Source: Flavobacteriales bacterium (GTDB taxonomy: Bacteria > Bacteroidota > Bacteroidia > M30B66). From it: a stretch of DNA of 64,000 nt. The notes under the pieces were generated by a model that searched no databases, was not told where the DNA came from, and saw only the letters and a program-made list of their open reading frames with translations. The stretch covers positions 151,686 through 215,685 of the forward strand of contig JBKBKN010000001.1 of NCBI GenBank assembly GCA_046294625.1, in the 5' to 3' direction. A program made the position numbers and the translations under genes. The stretch's first letter is position 1, and each line of letters begins with the position of its first letter. Positions 56,964 to 64,000 of the stretch are shown in pieces.

Positions 56964-58044
56964 GTATATTTCCGCTTCAGTTTTGCTGAGTGAAATGAAC
57001 ACATCGACTCCTAAAAGCCTAGCGCTGTATTTGTCTATTTGGTTGGCCGTTTGTTTGGGATTATTTGTGTTTGCGGCAGACTATGTTATTCACGGGAAAT
57101 TCAGTCTGATTTTACCCATCATCACCATAGGATTTACATTTTTGATTTGCTATTTTTTGCTTCAATATGCCTTAGAGCGCTTCATTTACCGAAAAATAAA
57201 ACTTATTTATAAGAACATTCACCAGTTGAAGCTCAAAAAAGGGCAAAAGCCAAAAACTATTGATCTGAACTCGGACATTATTTATGAAGTAAATCGTGAT
57301 GTGGAGGCCTGGGCTAAAGACCAGAAAGAAGAAATCGAATATCTCAAAAATCTGGAAACCTACAGAAGAGAATTTTTAGGCAATGTATCGCACGAATTGA
57401 AAACGCCCATTTTCAATATTCAAGGCTACATCATGACCTTACTCGATGGTGCACTGGAAGACCCCAAAGTAAACAGGGCTTATTTGGAAAGAGCAGAAAA
57501 GAGTGTAGAGCGCATGGTCAATATTGTGGAAGACTTGGAGATTATCACACAATTCGAATCAGGCCAATTGATACTGCATAAAGAGAAATTTGATATCGTA
57601 GCACTTTGTGCCGATATCATGCAAAGTATTCAATTTAGTGCGGAGACCAATAATGTAAAATTGTTGTTCAAAGAAGTTTATGATAGACCTATTTATGTCA
57701 AAGCCGATAAGGAAAGTATTCAAAAAGTGATTACTAACTTGCTGATGAATTCCATAAAATATAGCAAGGATGTAGGGGAGTCTAAGGTCGCCTTTTACGA
57801 TATGGATGAAAATATTCTCATCGAAGTGACCGATAATGGGATAGGTATTGCCAAGGAACACATTCCACGTCTTTTTGAACGATTCTACAGGGTAGACCGC
57901 AGTCGATCGAGAGAAATTGGTGGCACAGGGTTGGGTTTGTCCATAGTTAAGCACATAATCGAGGCACACGATCAAACCATCAGCGTGAGGAGCCTATTGG
58001 ATGTGGGCACCACCTTTGGTTTCACATTGGCAAAGGCTAAATAA
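56953..58044 (+). CDS. Sensor histidine kinase, cognate of the upstream response regulator
   Basis: Two N-terminal TM helices. H-box 'FLGNVSHELKTPIFNIQGY'. 'DNGIGIAKEHIPRLFERFYRVD'. 'GGTGLGLSIVKHII'. Confidence 0.9.
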   Translation: MSFKYISASVLLSEMNTSTPKSLALYLSIWLAVCLGLFVFAADYVIHGKFSLILPIITIGFTFLICYFLLQYALERFIYRKIKLIYKNIHQLKLKKGQKPKTIDLNSDIIYEVNRDVEAWAKDQKEEIEYLKNLETYRREFLGNVSHELKTPIFNIQGYIMTLLDGALEDPKVNRAYLERAEKSVERMVNIVEDLEIITQFESGQLILHKEKFDIVALCADIMQSIQFSAETNNVKLLFKEVYDRPIYVKADKESIQKVITNLLMNSIKYSKDVGESKVAFYDMDENILIEVTDNGIGIAKEHIPRLFERFYRVDRSRSREIGGTGLGLSIVKHIIEAHDQTISVRSLLDVGTTFGFTLAKAK

Positions 58045-58050
58045 TGTGAT

Positions 58051-59610
58051 TTAAATTCCCGGAAAAAGTCCCAGTCGTTGGGCAAATCCCGCTGCTGAAA
58101 AAAGTAAAATCAAACAGATTAAACCCGTAATAGCCAAAACAAATCCGATGTAGCGAAAGTCGTTTGATTCAAGCTTGCCCGATGAATAAGCTAAGGCATT
58201 TGGGGGTGTGCTCACTGGCAATATCATGGACATAGATGCCGCTAGAGCAATGGAGAAAGTTCCGGCCAGAATAGCTAAAGGAGCAAAAGATTGCACCTGC
58301 ATCATGCCTATGCCGATGGGTATCATAAGGTTTGCAGCAGCTGTGTTGGACATGAAGTTACTGAGCATAATCATACCCAATATCAATGCGGGCACTAGTA
58401 GCAGCGAGTCAGCATTAATGCTTCGTACAATCAGGTCGTCGAGGCCGGTAAGGTTCATGCCTCTACCTAGCGCTATACCGCCGGCAATCAGCAGCAAAAT
58501 ACTCCATTCCAAGGAATTGATATCGTTGCGGTCGATCAGGCCGGTTACAGTAAATGCAACCACGGGGATTAAAGAAATGACAGGAGCTGGAACACCATGC
58601 AGTGCTTCTGTGAGCCATAGCAATACGGTGACACCAAAAATGAACATCACAAAATTAGCCCATCTCCCCTGCTTGGCATCATGCAATTGGAATGAAAATT
58701 TCTTTTTCTCGGGATTGTATTTTTTGCAAAGCACCTTCCAGGTGAGCCATAGCATAAACAGCATTACAGGAACCGCTGCAATTACCCAATCACTAAAATT
58801 AATGGTATAATTCAGATTGCTCAAATAACCTACTGCCACAGCGTTGGGCGGAGATGCTACCGGAGTGCCCATGCCACCGAGATTAGCAGAAATCGGAACG
58901 GCAATTATTAAACCTTTGGCAATCAGGGGTTCGTCTTTGAGTTGAGCCAGTACCGGCATGAGCAAGGACAGCATCATGGCAGTGGTGGCCGTATTGCTCA
59001 TCCACATGCTAAATAAGGCGGTGATCATGATCACACCCAACATCATTTTTTGCGGAGAGGAAGTAAAGGGCTTCAAAAGTATAGCAGCGATCAAATTGTC
59101 GACACCAGCTTTCACAGACGCTCTTGCCAAAAGAAATCCTCCAAGAAACAAGATGATCACCGGATCTGATAGGGGTTTCAGAAAATAGAGGTAGTCAATT
59201 TCCAAGCCGTTACTGAGTCCTAAGCCTTTCCATTCGGCCGGATTGGCTAGAAAAAGGATTTCCAGACCAATGATGAGCAGCGAAGTAGCAAAAAGCGGTA
59301 GAGCTTCAGTTGCCCAAAGTAAACAAGCCAATACAAATATTCCGGCCATATTAGCCGTTTCGGGCTTGATGTCATCAAACGAGCGAAGGTACCAGGCTGT
59401 GAACAAAGCTGGTAGCAATGCTGTGAAAAACACTGTGAGATCGCGTTTGCGCAGTGGAGGCATGATCCGATTCAAGCGGCTTTGCTGACCTATCAGTGCA
59501 ATAGCATCGGTAAGTTTTCTTGCCGGAAGGGTGCCAATAAAGCCCGCTGTCTCAACGATTTTTTTTAGATTAATTCCCTTCATTTCTGTAAGTAGCGCAA
59601 AGTAAAGCAA
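58051..59610 (-). CDS. DASS/SLC13-type anion permease (ArsB/NhaD superfamily)
   Basis: Twin hairpin-tip motifs 'MSNTATTAMM' and 'MSNTAAANLMIP'. 519 aa of polytopic membrane protein. Confidence 0.8.
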   Translation of the reverse strand: MLYFALLTEMKGINLKKIVETAGFIGTLPARKLTDAIALIGQQSRLNRIMPPLRKRDLTVFFTALLPALFTAWYLRSFDDIKPETANMAGIFVLACLLWATEALPLFATSLLIIGLEILFLANPAEWKGLGLSNGLEIDYLYFLKPLSDPVIILFLGGFLLARASVKAGVDNLIAAILLKPFTSSPQKMMLGVIMITALFSMWMSNTATTAMMLSLLMPVLAQLKDEPLIAKGLIIAVPISANLGGMGTPVASPPNAVAVGYLSNLNYTINFSDWVIAAVPVMLFMLWLTWKVLCKKYNPEKKKFSFQLHDAKQGRWANFVMFIFGVTVLLWLTEALHGVPAPVISLIPVVAFTVTGLIDRNDINSLEWSILLLIAGGIALGRGMNLTGLDDLIVRSINADSLLLVPALILGMIMLSNFMSNTAAANLMIPIGIGMMQVQSFAPLAILAGTFSIALAASMSMILPVSTPPNALAYSSGKLESNDFRYIGFVLAITGLICLILLFSAAGFAQRLGLFPGI

Positions 59611-59745
59611 TTCGTTTGTTTGTGGCAGGTTTTAGGTGTGAAGGTTTTTAAAAAAAAATTATTGCGGTGAAAGATTTATATGCTAAAAATGTACTGAATG
59701 GTTAAGCAAGCTTTGTTTTTTTGCACATTTGCTAAAAAAATATTT

Positions 59746-60921
59746 ATGAACCTATTATATGCTTGCATTACAGTTTGTTTTTGTTTTTTGAGCACTTTAG
59801 TTGCTCAACCTTTTCAGATTGGCAAGCGAACTGAAAATTTGATTGATTCAGAGCGCAACAATCGTTCGGTGCCAACAGAAATTTATTACCCGGCAGTTTC
59901 AGCCGGAAACAATGCGCCACTGGCTCAAGGCACGTTTCCCTTGATTGTTTTTGGTCATGGGTTTGTGATGTCCTATTCATCATACGAAAATATCAGCGAT
60001 TTTTTGGTGCCCAAAGGTTACATTATTGCTTTTGCTAATACCGAAAATGGATTAAGTCCAAGCCATGCCAACTTTGGGGCAGATTTACGGTTTATCGCCC
60101 GTCAGTTGGTGGAAAATTTTAATCAGGTGCAAGGAAACTTTTGGTTTGAGAAATTCAACGGCAAAAAAGCTGTGATGGGTCACTCCATGGGTGGAGGCGC
60201 CAGCATGTTGGCCGCATCTAACAACAATACCTTCGACCTAGTAGTGGGATTAGCTCCGGCCGAAACCAACCCATCAGCTGTGGCTGCTGCAGCAAGTATA
60301 ACAGCGCCTTTATTAATTTTTGCAGGGAGTAATGACGGCGTTACGCCCCCGGTGCAGCATCAACTCCCGATATTTAATGCAGCAACAAATAGTCCATGTA
60401 GAAAATACATCAGCATCAATGGCGGCGGACACTGCTTTTTTGCCAATAGCAGTTTTACATGTGAGCTTGGCGAAGGTACATCAAATCCACAACCAACTAT
60501 CAATCGGCAGCAGCAGCAAAGTGTCTTAAATGATTTTTCGATCACCATGTTGGAGACTTTCTTGAAAAATCAATCTTTGAACTGGCAAGCTTTTCTAGAT
60601 TCCTTGAATACTTCAACAAGAATCACAGCGCAGCAGGTTTGCGGTCTCAATGTTTTATCAATAGAAAATCCCAAAGCATTCGAAGCTAGGTTATTTCCTC
60701 AGCCTGCTTCTATGTTTTTGCATGTAAAAACGAATCAATCGCCATTGGCGCACTTAACGGTGTATGATATGAAGGGAAACAAACGAGATGTGCCCTTGCT
60801 TGATAAAGACGATCGCCAGTCTGTACTTAATTTAAGCAGCTTGTCACCTGGAATGTATTTATTGAAAGTAGAATCAAAGAGCGGCGTAACATACAGAACC
60901 CGATTTATTGTAGCACGATAA
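59746..60921 (+). CDS. PETase/cutinase-like alpha/beta hydrolase (dienelactone hydrolase fold) with a T9SS type-A C-terminal sorting domain
   Basis: Ser in 'VMGHSMGGGASMLAASNN'. Asp in 'LLIFAGSNDGVTPP'. His in 'ISINGGGHCFFANS'. These are collinear with the I. sakaiensis PETase blocks GWSMGGGGSLISAANN / LIFACENDSIAP / INGGSHSC. Signal 'MNLLYACITVCFCFLSTLVAQ'. C-terminus 'LFPQPASMFLHV...GMYLLKVESKSGVTYRTRFIV'. Confidence 0.75.
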   Translation: MNLLYACITVCFCFLSTLVAQPFQIGKRTENLIDSERNNRSVPTEIYYPAVSAGNNAPLAQGTFPLIVFGHGFVMSYSSYENISDFLVPKGYIIAFANTENGLSPSHANFGADLRFIARQLVENFNQVQGNFWFEKFNGKKAVMGHSMGGGASMLAASNNNTFDLVVGLAPAETNPSAVAAAASITAPLLIFAGSNDGVTPPVQHQLPIFNAATNSPCRKYISINGGGHCFFANSSFTCELGEGTSNPQPTINRQQQQSVLNDFSITMLETFLKNQSLNWQAFLDSLNTSTRITAQQVCGLNVLSIENPKAFEARLFPQPASMFLHVKTNQSPLAHLTVYDMKGNKRDVPLLDKDDRQSVLNLSSLSPGMYLLKVESKSGVTYRTRFIVAR

Positions 60922-60932
60922 AAGCCGCCTAA

Positions 60933-61412
60933 ATGAAGCCCAGTAGATATATTTCTACCATGACTCATCCTTTGAAGTTTTGCTTTGCGATGCTCTATCA
61001 GCTGCCTTCAGCTGTATTTTGGGGAATGCGCATCAATACTCTGAACGAAACAGAATGTATGGTGAGTTTGCCTTACCGCTGGAGCACAAAAAATCCCTTT
61101 AAATCGACTTATTTTGCTGCCTTATCCGGTGCGGGCGAACTTGCTACCGGGGCATTGGCGCAATTGGCTGTAATAGAAAAGGGGTCATTTTCGATGTTGG
61201 TAGTAGGGTTTAAGGCCGAGTTTTATAAAAAAGCCGATCAAAAAGTTTTTTTTCACTGTCGCCAAGGCGCTGAGGTTCGTATTTTGCTTGACCAACTTCA
61301 AAAAGCTGGCGATTCCGGACAGATCACATTGTTTGCCGAAGGATTGAATAAGGAAAAAGAGTTGGTCGCAAAAATTTCGGTGACTTGGTCATTTAAAAGA
61401 CGCAAAGTCTAA
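60933..61412 (+). CDS. Hotdog-fold thioesterase-like protein (DUF4442 type)
   Basis: 159 aa. 'TGALAQLAV' and the overall pattern resemble DUF4442/4HBT; assignment is from memory. Confidence 0.5.
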   Translation: MKPSRYISTMTHPLKFCFAMLYQLPSAVFWGMRINTLNETECMVSLPYRWSTKNPFKSTYFAALSGAGELATGALAQLAVIEKGSFSMLVVGFKAEFYKKADQKVFFHCRQGAEVRILLDQLQKAGDSGQITLFAEGLNKEKELVAKISVTWSFKRRKV

Positions 61413-61449
61413 GCCGTTGATGGCATTAACGCGCTTTTAATAGGTTGGT

Positions 61450-62160
61450 TTGGCTCGATTTTGTTACTTTGCAGAGTATTTTCAGATTTTGAGCAAGTTA
61501 TTTAAGTGGTTATTTATTGCGTTTTTCTGCTTCACAGTGAGCATGGCGTTTTTATTGTGGTTCAGTGATTTTTGGATCAGCTCTAGGGCAAAATCATATA
61601 TCTACCATGATATGAATGCCTTACCCACTCAGGATGTGGGCTTAATTTTAGGAACGAGCAAGTTTAATTCTGCCGGATTTACCAATTTGTATTTTGTAAA
61701 TAGAATAGAAGCTGCTGTTCAACTTTACAAAGCGGGTAAAGTGAAACATTTGATTGTGAGTGGCGATAACAGAAGCAACGATTACAACGAACCTTTGGAT
61801 ATGAAAAAGGCACTTATTGCAAGAGGAGTGCCAGAATCGGCCATAACGTTAGACTATGCAGGATTGCGAACCTTTGACTCTGTGATCAGATGCAGAGAAG
61901 TATTCGGTCAGCAGCAGTTTGTGGTTATTTCACAAAAATTTCAGGATGAGCGTGCTCTGTTTATTGCCCACCATCATGATATTGATGCCATAGCTTTTAC
62001 TGCCGACGATGTTCCACAGCGATATTCGCTTAAAACGACGATTCGAGAATATTTTGCAAGGATGAGAGCCATGCTGGATATTTATTTTCTGAATGCACAG
62101 CCCAAGCATTTAGGTGACCCGGTAGAAATCAAAATTTTAACCGAAGACACTACGGAGTAG
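61450..62160 (+). CDS. SanA/YdcF (DUF218) family membrane protein
   Basis: N-terminal TM, then 'VGLILGTSKF...YKAGKVKHLIVSGDNRSNDYNEPLDMKKALIARGVPESAITLDYAGLRTFDS'. Confidence 0.75.
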   Translation: MARFCYFAEYFQILSKLFKWLFIAFFCFTVSMAFLLWFSDFWISSRAKSYIYHDMNALPTQDVGLILGTSKFNSAGFTNLYFVNRIEAAVQLYKAGKVKHLIVSGDNRSNDYNEPLDMKKALIARGVPESAITLDYAGLRTFDSVIRCREVFGQQQFVVISQKFQDERALFIAHHHDIDAIAFTADDVPQRYSLKTTIREYFARMRAMLDIYFLNAQPKHLGDPVEIKILTEDTTE

Positions 62161-62865
62161 GTCAGTTACCCTTGCTGCAGGGTCACGTCTGATTTTCCCT
62201 TCTTCTGAGGCAATCAAAGAGAATAGACCAATAAGGGTGCGATCAAGGACATAATCTTCCAAGTTGGGATTCATTTGTCGCACCATAGGCAGACGGTTGT
62301 AACGTGTAATGATTGGGTTCCATTGTCGCGCTACTTGAGCTTTATTGATGGCTCGCTTGATAATGGGTCTGAAGCGATTTTGCAATTCGGGAGTGGTGCG
62401 GTTTTGTAAAAAACGTGTGGCAGCATCGTCATTTCCGCGAAGAATTGCTAAACCATCGTTAACGGTCATTGATGTTATGGCATTGGCAAATATAGGAGCC
62501 GCTTCTTTTGATGCTTCTTCGGCTGCTCTGTTTAACGATCGTATGAAATCATTGACCTGTTGCTGCATGCCAAGTTGAATGGCTCTTGACTGTACTTCGC
62601 GCGCTTCAGGAGGAAATGGAATCCTGATGAGGTCATTTTTAAAAAAGCCATCAGTCCTTGAAGCCGAAGCAGCTGCGTTATTGGATCCAATAGTGAGCGC
62701 TTCTTTGAGCCCATTTACAATTTGCTGGTTGCTTAAATTGTTTCCACGATTGTTACCGCCTAATGCGTTGGCAGCATTGTTTAGCAAATTATTGGTGTTT
62801 TGCGCGTTTGCAAAACTGAAAACCATTATGGCCACAAATAGATAAGTGAATTTCTTCTTAATCAT
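62137..62865 (-). CDS. DUF4197-like secreted protein
   Basis: Signal 'MIKKKFTYLFVAIMVFSFANAQ'. Low-complexity N/G-rich region. Convergent overlap of 24 nt with the SanA gene end. Confidence 0.5.
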   Translation of the reverse strand: MIKKKFTYLFVAIMVFSFANAQNTNNLLNNAANALGGNNRGNNLSNQQIVNGLKEALTIGSNNAAASASRTDGFFKNDLIRIPFPPEAREVQSRAIQLGMQQQVNDFIRSLNRAAEEASKEAAPIFANAITSMTVNDGLAILRGNDDAATRFLQNRTTPELQNRFRPIIKRAINKAQVARQWNPIITRYNRLPMVRQMNPNLEDYVLDRTLIGLFSLIASEEGKIRRDPAARVTDLLRSVFG

Positions 62866-62962
62866 GTGTATTGGAGTTTTAAGCACTGTTTGCACCGCTT
62901 GTGCCGGCAAATGCAATTTGGTTCGCTAAAAGGTAGCAAATTTATTGCCAAATATTAAAGAT

Positions 62963-63733
62963 TTACTGGATTTTATGTTGGCCATCTCTGATTGCTTTTT
63001 GCTTATGCATTTGCATATTGAGCAATTCTACCATGAGCGAAAAGCCCATCGCACTATAAATGTATGCCTTTTCGACATGCAAATGCAGACTTTCCAAAAC
63101 CAGCACAGCGCCAATCACAAGCAAAAAAGCAAGTGCAAGCATTTTTACTGTCGGGTGTTTGTTGATAAAGTTGCTCACTACCCCTGAAAATATCATCATG
63201 ACTACCATAGCAAAAACTACGGCCAGTACCATGATAACAAGGTTTTTTGACAAACCCACTGCAGTTAGGATGGAATCGAATGAAAACACTAAGTCGATTA
63301 GAATAATTTGAAGGATAGCCGAAGAAAAGCTAATAAACTTAGGGGTTTCACCAGGCTTCAATTCATCCCTTCCGTTGATTTTATGTAAGATTTCCAATGA
63401 TGTTTTCACCAAGAGAAAGACACCTCCGGCAAAAAGAATCAAATCTCTTCCACTCACTGCAAAATCAACAATGCGGAACAATTCTCCCGTCAAGCCTGCT
63501 ATCCATGCGATAATGCTAAGGAGACCAATTCTGAAAAGAAGCGCTAGACCCAAACCCAAGATTCTCCCTTTAGCTTGTTGCTCTTTTGGAAGTCGCCCAC
63601 AGATAATAGAGATAAAAATGATATTATCTACCCCTAAAATGATTTCCAGCAAACCTAAAGTTAGCAGCACAACAAGGCCGTCGATAGTAAAAACTGCTTG
63701 CCAATTGGCAGAATCGAATAAGGCGTAAGACAT
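62963..63733 (-). CDS. TerC family integral membrane protein
   Basis: 'GLLEIILGVDNIIFISII' and 'ILTAVGLSKNLVIMVLAVVFAMVVMMIFS'. The DN motif is repeated. Confidence 0.85.
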   Translation of the reverse strand: MSYALFDSANWQAVFTIDGLVVLLTLGLLEIILGVDNIIFISIICGRLPKEQQAKGRILGLGLALLFRIGLLSIIAWIAGLTGELFRIVDFAVSGRDLILFAGGVFLLVKTSLEILHKINGRDELKPGETPKFISFSSAILQIILIDLVFSFDSILTAVGLSKNLVIMVLAVVFAMVVMMIFSGVVSNFINKHPTVKMLALAFLLVIGAVLVLESLHLHVEKAYIYSAMGFSLMVELLNMQMHKQKAIRDGQHKIQ

Positions 63734-64000
63734 TAGAATAATATTGCGACAAAGCTAAAAATCCTTTGTTGACCGCCATCAAAAGCAGATTAATTTTTGC
63801 CCTGGGCCTTGGGAAATTTATCATATTCTTTATTACTGCACTCTTCAGGATTATTTTATTGTAGATTTGAAGCCTTATCAGGGAAAAAGAACGCATTAAT
63901 GGATAAGAAAAAATCTGGATTCATAGCCTTTGGCTTTATCACAATCACAATGATCCTGCATCTGGTTCAAGAGTATTTGAATGTAGGATTTTCAGGACAG

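Noticed and set aside
1311-63896. Numerous 60-150-aa ORFs on the opposite strand of, or nested within, large genes (e.g. 4070-4492, 7525-7968, 17183-17667, 17910-18572, 24136-25599, 40262-40650, 58208-58810, 63375-63896).
   Set aside because: All overlap longer ORFs that carry clear conserved motifs. They show low-complexity or stop-poor antisense composition and have no independent support.

Overview
Dense (~90% coding) chromosomal segment of a Bacteroidota genome, about 40% GC, read under the standard genetic code. The phylum call rests on four proteins ending in type IX secretion (T9SS) C-terminal sorting domains and on several Bacteroidota-restricted DUF families. Roughly 60 genes are supported. 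Most are housekeeping: asnS, pheS, glyQS, holB, ffh, folD, trxB, tatC, rseP, ispB, hldD/waaF and folE. There are also three sensor histidine kinases, one of them a 1222-aa 7TMR-DISM type, and one OmpR-type response regulator. I found no rRNA, tRNA, CRISPR array, transposase or prophage genes. The observations most worth a second look are: (1) a PETase/cutinase-like dienelactone-hydrolase-fold esterase carrying a T9SS sorting domain; (2) a HepT/MntA (HEPN/nucleotidyltransferase) toxin-antitoxin pair whose HEPN toxin is split by a frameshift while the antitoxin is intact, next to a folE-PTPS-SDR pterin operon; (3) a small secreted protein made of six 16-17-residue tandem repeats directly upstream of the giant 7TMR-DISM kinase, with a secreted CotH-kinase-like protein on the other side; (4) a lipoprotein cluster holding three PSCyt1-type heme-binding modules (one with a non-canonical CX4CH motif) plus YceI and a DUF5777-like outer-membrane protein; (5) a DUF4476 gene with an in-frame TGA immediately after its signal peptide. 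Coordinates include the stop codon. Several starts were moved to internal methionines where a signal peptide or conserved N-terminus indicated it.
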